62,592 bases of DNA from Gemmatimonadota bacterium (GCA_039587445.1 JBDHIM010000012.1:1-62592), one strand, 5' to 3'; positions 27,291 through 35,584 are shown, counted from the first letter of the stretch. The notes: generated by a model not told the origin, from the sequence alone. Made by a program: numbers and translations.

Positions 27291-27308
27291 ATGCCGGAGG
27301 AGGAACTC
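27291..27308 (-). repeat. att-like copy of the tRNA-Leu 3' end (attR)
   Basis: ATGCCGGAGGAGGAACTC matches 31554-31571 ATGCCGGAGGAGGGACTC at 17/18 positions. Confidence 0.75.
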
Positions 27309-27434
27309 CTGATCTCGTCGTAGGACGCCTGCCTCACCGCGACTCCCGAACCCAGACGTACCTGCACCTAGGGGATTCGAACGAGATCAGGAGCGTCGAG
27401 TGACAGAGGCGAGAGGGGCAGTCTCGATTGACGC

Positions 27435-27815
27435 TCAGGCTTCTGCTCGCCTCACAAAGTGAAAATACCCGAATCCCAGTGCGAGAAGCAGATAAACTGC
27501 GACTGTTGACCAGCCAAGTTCGTTCTCGACCCCACCGAGTTGTGCGAGCAACGCAACGATGAAAGCGATGGCATTGCCAACAAACATCGAAAGCAGGATC
27601 GCACGGCGAGCCACCGAGTCGGCCGCATTCCTGGCAGACCATGTTAGGACCGCGAAGGCGATGAGTGCAGCGCCGACGAGCTGGAACAAATACTTCAACG
27701 CGGCATCGGCTGAATGACCATACTGCGCCAACACCTGGCCAGGCCAGAGGACGAAACTGACGCCGAACACTGCTGCCGCAATTGCGTTGATAACCATCAG
27801 AGTACGGAGCTTCAT
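27435..27815 (-). CDS. hypothetical 4-TM membrane protein (126 aa)
   Basis: Four hydrophobic helices; GGAGG RBS; lower GC than the backbone. Confidence 0.8.
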   Translation of the reverse strand: MKLRTLMVINAIAAAVFGVSFVLWPGQVLAQYGHSADAALKYLFQLVGAALIAFAVLTWSARNAADSVARRAILLSMFVGNAIAFIVALLAQLGGVENELGWSTVAVYLLLALGFGYFHFVRRAEA

Positions 27816-27884
27816 TGGGACGAACCTCCCTTCCTGGGGGGTGGCGCCAAGGCGAGGCTAGTGATGGCTTTCGCTAGAAAGCAG

Positions 27885-27918
27885 AGGCCGGCCCCGAAGG
27901 AACCGCCCCGCTCAGCAC
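27885..27918. repeat. REP/terminator-like palindrome, copy 1
   Basis: Core GGCCCCGAAGGAACCGCCCC (27890-27909) is 19/20 identical to 30719-30738. Confidence 0.55.
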
Positions 27919-28019
27919 TTCCCGAAGCCCAGGCAGGAACCACGAGAACTCGCTTCGCCACGATCTCCTCCAGCCGCCGCTTCGCCACCAGGTGGCCTGC
28001 TAAACCTCTTTCGTAACCC

Positions 28020-30515
28020 TCACTGGATGTAGCCGAGAGCGCGCAGCGTCTCGAGCTGCTCGGCCGTCAGCGTCACCTCGCCCGAGGGAGTGAAGTGTTG
28101 AGCCAAGGCCTGATGCGCCTCCCACTGCCCCTCGAGGAAGGTGGTGTACTTCTCCACCAGGTCGGGCCGTTCCTCGTGGAGGCTGCGCAAGGCGGAGGGA
28201 TCACTCCAGAGGTCGAACAGCAACAACGGCACCGGACGCTGTCGATCCTCCGGCAGGTCGGGATCGGGATTGAGCTCCAGCGACGCGCCCCACCAGCCGT
28301 CGATCACCTCGATCATGCCGCTGAACTCCCCCGTCTCGTGGTCCAAAGTGAACTGGTCCAGGATGATCGGTCGCGGCTCCCAGCCGGCCTCACCCAGCAG
28401 GAGCGGGGCCAGGGACTGCCCCTGCAGGACCTCGGGAAGCGGCAGGTCGGCCAGGTCGAGCACAGTGGGTAGCACATCGATCATCGAGACTGGCTCACTG
28501 AACCGCTGGCCCGGGGCGATGTGCCCCGGCCACACGAAGATGAGCGGGATCCTGCTGATCGAGGGCCGCAGCATCGGTTGGCACCACCGGGGCGGCAGCG
28601 AGTCGAGGATAGCGATGCCCATGTCGTCCATCGCGGCCCGGATGGCATGGTCCGCACCGATGATAAGCAACGTGTTCTCCCATTCGCCCTCGGTCTTGAG
28701 ACGCTCGACGAACCGCCCGATCTGCCAGTCGTTGTGGGCCATGGTCTCGTCGTACATGCCCTGATGGAGAGCGAAGAACTCGACCCTGCTGAGACCGGTC
28801 TTCTCGTAGGCTTCCGAGTAGACGCCGTGGCCACCCGCCTCTCGGAGGCGGTCGTTCCATTCCTTCCATGTCTTCTTCTGCTCGGGACCGACGAAGAGAC
28901 CGGAAAAGGGTGCTACCGCAGGGAAATCCTCGTGCACATCAACGGTCTGGAAGTGCGCCCAGTAAGGCGCGGCGGGATAGCTGTCGCGCCATCGCCAGAA
29001 CCCGTCGTGCAGGTATCTTGACGATTCCGAGTAGTTCTCTTCTCCGAAGTACGTGAACTCCGCCCAATCCTCTTGGAGCAAGTCGACGCCGCGCTCGAGC
29101 CCGCTCAGCGTGCCAGCGTTGGGGTTGGCGATGAACACCGCCGTCTGGTAGCCGGCTCGGTGGAAATGCTGCGCCATCGTCGTCGCTTGCTCCGGCACCT
29201 TTTCCGTCCAGTTCAAACCACCCAGCACGCTATGCTGCAGCGAGGTCATGAAGGAAGCGGTAGATGGTTTCGTCCAGGAGGAGTTGCTGTAGGCGCGCTC
29301 GAACATCGCGCCTTCGGCCGCCAGTCGCTCCAGATTGGGCGTAGTGCGACGGTTGTAGCCATACAGGCTCAGATAGTCTGCGGCGCCGCCATCGATAACG
29401 TAGAAGATGACGTTCGGTCGCCGGGCGGCACCTGCCCCAGTCAGGGTCGGCGCCGACCAGAGCGCAACGGTGCCGGCCGTCTCGGAATCGGCCTCGAGCG
29501 ACAGGGTCACGGTACGCCCGGCCAGGTGCGACAGGTCCACCGAGCGCTGCCCCCAGTGCTCTCTGTCGCCGTACGTCTCCTCGAGCAGAATCTCGGTCTC
29601 GCCGCCGGGCGGCGCGGCGGTGATTCGGAAGGTGACGGGGGAATCGTCAGCCAGCACGCCGAGTCCCAGGTCGAGACGGCCGGCCTCCGGCACCCGGATC
29701 CTATACTCCAGCCGTCCCGGCGCGTGCGTGTAGAGCGTGCCGTGATAAGCGCGGTCGCGGATCTCGGGTCGCACGCCCGCAGGCGCCGCGCTGTAATTGG
29801 CCGCCTTGGGGATCACCTGAACGGAAAGGATGTCGATGCTCGCCTGCTCATCAGCGCTGAACCAGAGGCCTAGCTGCTGCCATGAGCCCTCCCACTCTCC
29901 CCCCGACCAGTCGGCCCGCAGCAGGTACGTCTGCACCGAGCCGTCGTTGAACACATCGAGCCCCTCGCCGAAGAAGCGGTACGGGAAAGGACCGTCCGTG
30001 GCCGTTGCCGAACCCTCCTTCAGGTTGAATCCGAGCCCGAGTTCCTCGACACCCTCCGACGCTCGCGCTCGCACGAGGACATACGACCAGTCCTCGAGAC
30101 TCCAGTCCGGGACGTCGACGTAGATTCCGCCTACGAGCACGCGGCGGTCGTCCCACCATCTGACGAAGGTGTTGGCCTCGGTCAGCGTAAGCTGCAGGGC
30201 GTCGTCGACGTACGTCACGCGGGCCGGCTCGATCTCCTGCCGCCAGGGGCGCACCGGCCTCCACTCCGGCTGCGGCTCATCGAAGCGCCACTGCACCGAG
30301 GTCGGCACCTCCGCCGGCACCTCGGAACCGACGAGAGTCGCCGCTTCGAAATGCTCCTCGAGGTGAAGAGGACGCTCGGCCGTGAGGACCGGCGAGTCGG
30401 ACGGCGAGCCGGAGCCGGAGCAGCCGACGGGCAGAAGCGTGAGAAGAGCAAGCGGAAGGATCCGAGAGACAACGCGACCGAAAATGAGCGCGGGAAGCGC
30501 GAGAAGTCGCTTCAT
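28020..30515 (-). CDS. sulfatase-like hydrolase/transferase (alkaline phosphatase superfamily) with large N-terminal beta domain
   Basis: RPNVIFYVIDGG, TTPNLERLA, SWTKPSTAS, GADHA, RIPLIF, VSMIDVLPT, C-terminal LRALGYIQ; lipobox LPVGC. Confidence 0.85.
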   Translation of the reverse strand: MKRLLALPALIFGRVVSRILPLALLTLLPVGCSGSGSPSDSPVLTAERPLHLEEHFEAATLVGSEVPAEVPTSVQWRFDEPQPEWRPVRPWRQEIEPARVTYVDDALQLTLTEANTFVRWWDDRRVLVGGIYVDVPDWSLEDWSYVLVRARASEGVEELGLGFNLKEGSATATDGPFPYRFFGEGLDVFNDGSVQTYLLRADWSGGEWEGSWQQLGLWFSADEQASIDILSVQVIPKAANYSAAPAGVRPEIRDRAYHGTLYTHAPGRLEYRIRVPEAGRLDLGLGVLADDSPVTFRITAAPPGGETEILLEETYGDREHWGQRSVDLSHLAGRTVTLSLEADSETAGTVALWSAPTLTGAGAARRPNVIFYVIDGGAADYLSLYGYNRRTTPNLERLAAEGAMFERAYSNSSWTKPSTASFMTSLQHSVLGGLNWTEKVPEQATTMAQHFHRAGYQTAVFIANPNAGTLSGLERGVDLLQEDWAEFTYFGEENYSESSRYLHDGFWRWRDSYPAAPYWAHFQTVDVHEDFPAVAPFSGLFVGPEQKKTWKEWNDRLREAGGHGVYSEAYEKTGLSRVEFFALHQGMYDETMAHNDWQIGRFVERLKTEGEWENTLLIIGADHAIRAAMDDMGIAILDSLPPRWCQPMLRPSISRIPLIFVWPGHIAPGQRFSEPVSMIDVLPTVLDLADLPLPEVLQGQSLAPLLLGEAGWEPRPIILDQFTLDHETGEFSGMIEVIDGWWGASLELNPDPDLPEDRQRPVPLLLFDLWSDPSALRSLHEERPDLVEKYTTFLEGQWEAHQALAQHFTPSGEVTLTAEQLETLRALGYIQ

Positions 30516-30523
30516 TGGGATCC

Positions 30524-30663
30524 TCCAAGTGCATATCTACTACTTCCGGTCGCAAGACCGTGGGGGGACTTCTATCGCTCAGAGGCGTCGTGGCCTCGTT
30601 TCATGCACTTGGATATGAAGCGTACAGTATGGCGGAGGGGACCCTGCCATACGCAACTGTACG
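30524..30663 (-). promoter_or_regulatory. candidate structured leader RNA sequestering the RBS
   Basis: An 11-bp perfect stem (30524-30534/30603-30613) encloses two 5-bp hairpins; a second hairpin lies at 30621-30663. Confidence 0.45.
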
Positions 30664-30705
30664 GGTTCTAGGAGGGCGGGATCAGGAGCGTGGAGGGGCC
30701 GCGTT

Positions 30706-30747
30706 GTGCTGAGGGGGCGGCCCCAAAGGAACCGCCCCCTCTTAGCC
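30706..30747. repeat. REP/terminator-like palindrome, copy 2
   Basis: GCTGAGGGGGCGG...CCGCCCCCTCTTAGC hairpin immediately after the stop of 30767-31333. Confidence 0.6.
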
Positions 30748-30766
30748 TACTGCCGCGTTGTTGTGG

Positions 30767-31333
30767 TCAGCGCTCTCTGCTTTCCAGCGGAATCATGATG
30801 TGAGCATACGGCGTGTTCGGCCACATGATCCACGGCCCGCCATTCAGATGATCCGTAGAGATGTTCGCCAACAGCTTCTTGTCCGGCACGACGATCATGA
30901 GGTGTGGGCCCACGTCGGTGACCCAATCCTCTGGCCCAGTCGGCTCTGTCGCGTATGGATCGCTGTTGCTGACTGGCGTATCGCCCTGGAGCATGTAGGC
31001 GAAGCCGATCTCAGTGTACGTGGGCTCCGTTTTGTCCACGTAGGCGTGCAAGAAGTCCATCCACGCCTCGGTAAGGCACCATGGATCGGTGCCCGGAGTT
31101 TCTGCACGGTCGGGGAGGCAAGTCCATTCATTCGTGCCCTCCCGAAGCACGTCCATGTTCCAGTCCAGGACGGTTGCGTCAGCCGAGATGGACGCAGGCG
31201 CTGCGCTCATGGCACTCTTGATCTGCGCCTTGAGTTCCGGCGACGCGTATTCCGCCTCTTGTGCCTGGAGCACGGGCGGTGCAGCGGCGGCAAGTAGCAG
31301 GGCAGCTAGAGTGGGGAGATACTTGGGGTACAT
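30767..31333 (-). CDS. secreted hypothetical protein (188 aa)
   Basis: Signal peptide (AAPPVLQA); WTC...PWC, YMLQGD, GPHLMI, PWIMW..TPYAHIMIP; GGAGG RBS. Confidence 0.85.
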   Translation of the reverse strand: MYPKYLPTLAALLLAAAAPPVLQAQEAEYASPELKAQIKSAMSAAPASISADATVLDWNMDVLREGTNEWTCLPDRAETPGTDPWCLTEAWMDFLHAYVDKTEPTYTEIGFAYMLQGDTPVSNSDPYATEPTGPEDWVTDVGPHLMIVVPDKKLLANISTDHLNGGPWIMWPNTPYAHIMIPLESRER

Positions 31334-31554
31334 CGTGACCTCCTTGAGGCATGCATCTCTGTGATGAAGGAGTCGAGCGATCTATATGGGGGAGGCTCGC
31401 GGCCTCCTGTAAACCGAGGAAGAACCCCTTGCAGCCTAATGGTCGAACCAATCCATGCGAAAGGGCACGGCGGGCCTCTCTTGCGAGGACGAGATCGGGA
31501 GCGGGGTGGAGGGGATCGGTTTTGCTACCTCGGCACCATGCCGGTAAGTCCTTA

Positions 31555-31638
31555 TGCCGGAGGAGGGACTCGAACCCTCAAGGGATTGCTCCCACCGGAT
31601 TTTGAGTCCGGCGCGTCTGCCAGTTCCGCCACTCCGGC
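31555..31638 (-). tRNA. tRNA-Leu(CAA)
   Basis: GCCGGAGTGGCGGAACTGGCAGACGCGCCGGACTCAAAATCCGGTGGGAGCAATCCCTTGAGGGTTCGAGTCCCTCCTCCGGCA; long variable arm; CCA not encoded. Confidence 0.97.
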
Positions 31639-31751
31639 CCGTGGGTCTAACCTATAAACTAGCAGCTAGGTAGAAGGTCCGCCTCCTGTCGCTGCTCACC
31701 TAGGTGGGTGGGTTTCCGGGTTGGGTTCTTCAGATTCCTCGACTCCTCACC

Positions 31752-33072
31752 TCACCGCCGCCCTGCCGTACTCGCGGCCACCTGCTTGATCACCGCACCG
31801 CCTTTCATCACGAAGCGCACGTCGCCGAGCACAGCCACGTCGTCGAGGGGGTTGGTGGGCACGGCGATGAGATCGGCGAAAGCACCGGGCGTCAGCGTGC
31901 CGACGTGGCCGTCCATCTGCATTAATTCGGCGGCGGTCAGCGTAGCGGATTGGACGGCTTGCAGCGGCGTCATCCCATAGGCGACCATCCGCTCGAAATC
32001 GATGGCGTTGTCGCCGTGCGGGAGCGCCCCGGCGTCGGTGCCGTAGGCGATCTTGACGCCTTTCTCGGTCGCGCGGCGGATGGTCCGGGCATGGCCTGCG
32101 TAACTCGCCCCATTCCTCGCGCGGGCCATCGGGGATGTAGACGGAGATCGTGGGAACCCAAAAGGTGCTGTTAGCAACCATCATGTCGAGCGCTTCGTCA
32201 TCGAGGAAGAACCCGTGCTCGATGGATCGGACACCGGCGCGGATGGCGTTTTTGGCTCCCGGTCCGCCGTAGGCATGCGCCGCCACCGGCGTGCGGAACC
32301 GCGCCGCCTCGTCCACCACCAGCTTGAGATCCTCGTAGGAGAACTGGGGCAACGGCTGCATGGTGCGTGGATCGATGTTACGCGTGGTGCCGGTGGCGTA
32401 GATCTTGATCCAGTCCGTTCCATACTTCACCTGGCGGCGCACCTCGGCCACGAGCGCGGCGGGGCTGTCAGCGAGCGCGCCGAACTGCGGTACGTCGATC
32501 TGCGGAGCCAGGCCGTTCTGGTTCATGTAGCCGCCGGTGATGCTGATCGCGAGCGTCGCCACCTGCATGCGCGGCCCCGGCACGAGGCCGTCGTTGATCC
32601 CGTCGCGGACGGCCACATCGGCCCAATCAGCCCCCTCCGAGTCGATATCCCGGATCGTGGTGAAGCCGGCTTCGAGCGTCGCCCGCACCGCGTTGACGGC
32701 CTCGACGGTGCGATACGGAATCGATTTATACAGAATGGGGTTGTTTTCCGCGTAATCCGGTTGCATGCACACGTGCGTGTGTGCGTCGATGAGGCCGGGC
32801 AGCACCACGTAATCGCTCAGATCGATGACCTCGGCCTCCGGCGGGATCCGCACCTGCGGCCCGACGGCCTCAATCCGCTCGCCCCGGATCAAGACGACGG
32901 CGTCGGCGATCAGATTGCCGGTTTCGACTTCTAACAGCGCCCCCGCTCGCAAGGCCACCACGCGCTCTACCGACGCCTCTGTTTGCGCCCGTGCCTCCTC
33001 AGCCAGCAACACACTCAGCATCAGCAGAATCAGCAATCCACGGATCACGACGATAGAGATAAGGCGGTTCAC
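31752..33072 (-). pseudogene. secreted metal-dependent amidohydrolase (Xaa-Pro dipeptidase-like), frameshifted near 32097
   Basis: DAHTH, WIKIY, AHAYG and SIEHG in one frame; KGVKIAYGTDAG...ADLIAV...FVMKGG in another. Confidence 0.85.
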
Positions 33073-33208
33073 AACGGGCCTCCGAGGATGAGATGTTTGA
33101 GTGTTATAGTGTTTTGGTGTTTCAGCTCTTCTTCAGCTCGAACACTATACCACTCAGAGACTGTTTAAATCTTGGGTCTGCAGATGAGCGTGATGAGACT
33201 TCGAAAAC

Positions 33209-33258
33209 GCCGAAAGATCGCGCGCGTCCGGCGCGTCTGCCAGTTCCGCCACTCCGGC
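33209..33258 (-). pseudogene. tRNA-Leu 5' fragment (33 nt exact) plus degenerate acceptor 3' strand
   Basis: 33226-33265 is identical to 31606-31645; gap-free similarity continues to about 33340/31720. Confidence 0.8.
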
Positions 33259-33422
33259 CCGTGGGCCTAACTAATAGACTATCAGTGGAGTAGAAGGTCC
33301 GCCTCCGCGGTTCACTTCATCAGGTGGGCGGGTTTCTGGGCGGGCTATAGCAACGCCTATACGCTGGTAGGCTCTATAAGCTGCCGTACAATTCCTTTCG
33401 AAAAACGATCCGGATCGTGTGG

Positions 33423-34436
33423 CTAGTCGGGCTGCAGCGGCTCGGCTGGACCTTCCGCCCCGTATCGGAACGCGCGCAGGCGATCCGCCTCTCTCGACAG
33501 GAGTAGCAGTTGGGTCGCCGGAGCGTTCAGATCGACCGCCAAAAGCGCCCCCTCGTAGCGACGCGCGATCTCATCGGTCGGCGTGTGGGCGACGACGTGA
33601 AGCTCGCTCTCGAATCGGTCGAGCACCCGGCGCAGCTCCTCGTGGAGCGTATCGGCCTGGACGTAGCTCCGATGCCAAAAGACGCTGTTCTCGCCGAAGA
33701 AGAAGTGGATACGGCGCTCGAGCGCCGTCGAGTCCATAACGATGCGAGGAAGGAGGGTATCGGGTGGAAGACTCCACCGGTAAAAGAGCTCCTCGGACAT
33801 GAATGCGGCCAACGTGTCGTCGAACGCCTGCAGAGAATAGGTGGCGAAGTCGCGTCCGACGCCGCCGTGAGCCAACAGCACGTCACCGATCCGGATTAGA
33901 CCCGGCTTCGTGGCCAACCAGGTTCCGAGCACGGAGCTGCGAATGTCGAACAGTCGCCCGTAGGGCGTTCCGTGCAATTCGGCGATGAGCTGCTCCTTCT
34001 CCGACACGTAGCGGAGGTCGTTGGTGAGGACCATGATCTCGTGATTGCCGAGCACGACGTGGACCCGCCCGCCGGCGGCCTCCGCCTGTCTCTCGAGGCC
34101 GTAGATGAACCAGAGAGTGCGGGTAACGTCCGATCCGCGATCGAAAAGGTCGCCCAGGAAGACGAGATGGCTTCTCCCACCGCTCCAGCGTGCGTCCGAA
34201 TCGATCAGACCCGCGTTCTTGAGAACGGCGGTCAGCGTGTCGAACTCGCCGTGAACGTCCCCGAGCACGAAGAGAGAGTCGACCGGCCCGAAACCTGTGG
34301 GCGCACGCTCAAGTACCGGCCAGATAGTCGTCTGGTGCCGATCCTCATCGCTGCCGACCGCGCCGTAGCGAAGCGTAAGCGGACCGTCCGCCGGCCTCCG
34401 AAACGACGCGGAGTGGGCCCGGCTGGTTGTGGAACG
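33423..34436 (-). pseudogene. metallophosphoesterase (Shewanella-like PPP phosphatase), 5'-truncated
   Basis: GDVHG, GDLFDRG, GNHE, HGG and AHT motifs. The frame stays open and protein-like for about 55 codons above the first GTG but has no start before TAA 34437-34439. Confidence 0.8.
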
Positions 34437-34942
34437 TTACTTCCGACGACGTGTGGGACAAAGACCGGTTCGAGGGGGATACGGTGTACGCGCGCCACTT
34501 TGCGAACCTGAACCTCTTCACCTTCCTCATCCGTCACAGCGACGCGAATCAGGGCAACCTGCTCATCTCGAGCATCAGTTCGAATCCCCGGGTCTTCGCC
34601 GTGGACAACGGTGTCGCCTTCAGCCGCAGGGAGGAGAGCGACCGAGGCACGAAGTGGCGGAGGCTCACCGTGAAGCGGCTGCCGCGGAAAACGGTCGATC
34701 GTCTTCGAGCGCTGACCCGCGAGGACCTGGACCGGCGCCTATCGGTCGTCGCGCAGTTCCAGCTCGTCGGCGACCAGCTCGTGCCGGTGACACCCACCGG
34801 GCCGATCGAGGCCAGCGGGGGCATGCGCAGGAGAGAAGACGTCGTGCAGCTCGGCCTCACCGACTACGAGATCGGCCAGATTTGGGGCCGGATCCAGAAA
34901 GTGCTCGACGAGGTGGACGAGGGGAAGATCGCGCTCTTTTAA
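34424..34942 (+). pseudogene. C-terminal fragment of an atypical kinase-like protein
   Basis: HSDANQGNLLI (D-x4-N catalytic-loop-like) and FAVDNGVAF (DxG-like); no N-lobe or credible start. Confidence 0.55.
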
Positions 34943-35104
34943 TCACAACCCACTGGCGGCGAAGCATGGTACTGGCGCATGCCTCGCACATGAGAAAGAC
35001 CCGATGGCTCTCCGCTGGTTCCTGCGTACTATCGGCAGAGTAGATGGTCCACTCTAGCGGTGCCGCCACTTGCGCCCGCGCTGAACTTCTCCGGCGACCA
35101 CGGG

Positions 35105-35584
35105 TTACGGAAACCGCTTTACCTGCCGATTGTGGCGCCGGATGAGCCACAGCCCCGCGATAATCAGAAACGGTGCCAACGGGACCATGAGCCCTATCAG
35201 GGTGCGGTCGTCGCTGGCTTGCTCTTCGTAGTCGACGATGCGCCGCCCGGCTTGCTCTGCCTGCCAGACTCGTTCACTGCCCAGACCCTTGATGGCCGGC
35301 GCGACCCAAAGCACGATCCCCGCACCTATTGCGATCTCGTCCGGATCGGTCTGACCGAAATTGTAGTCGCGTGAGTCCCCGTCGCGGTGGGCCTGAACGA
35401 CGGTGTGTCGGCAATCGCCGGCCGAGCGTCGGCAAAACTTGATGGGGTCACGCCGGACATCTTCGACGACGCTGACGCGCCGCTTCAGCTCTTCGAAGTC
35501 GGGCACTGGCACCAGCCAGTAGGCGAGCAGAAGAGTGACGCCGATGATGAGTAGCCCGACACCGACGCCTCGTTTCTTGAGCAT
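35105..35584 (-). CDS. hypothetical 2-TM membrane protein with periplasmic Cys pair (159 aa)
   Basis: N- and C-terminal TM helices; FCRRSAGDC; 45 bp downstream of the DUF5916 stop. Confidence 0.7.
   Translation of the reverse strand: MLKKRGVGVGLLIIGVTLLLAYWLVPVPDFEELKRRVSVVEDVRRDPIKFCRRSAGDCRHTVVQAHRDGDSRDYNFGQTDPDEIAIGAGIVLWVAPAIKGLGSERVWQAEQAGRRIVDYEEQASDDRTLIGLMVPLAPFLIIAGLWLIRRHNRQVKRFP

Larger units (their letters stand above)
27291..31571. mobile_element. integrase-less genomic islet at the tRNA-Leu(CAA) 3' end (about 4.3 kb)
   Basis: Bounded by direct repeats of the tRNA 3' end; carries three accessory genes; no recombinase. Confidence 0.65.

Noticed and set aside
27108-27323. Plus-strand 71-aa ORF spanning the att repeat
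   Set aside because: It overlaps the peptidase start, has no RBS or recognisable motif, and is probably chance.
27300-30750. Integron attC interpretation of the islet hairpins
   Set aside because: No RYYYAAC/GTTRRRY core boxes and no intI gene.
33106-33140. Hammerhead-like core on the minus strand (CUGAAGA...GAAA, GUGU/ACAC stem III)
   Set aside because: Stem I would be only CGAG and stem II a single pair, which cannot fold; the 16-bp inverted repeat explains the region better.
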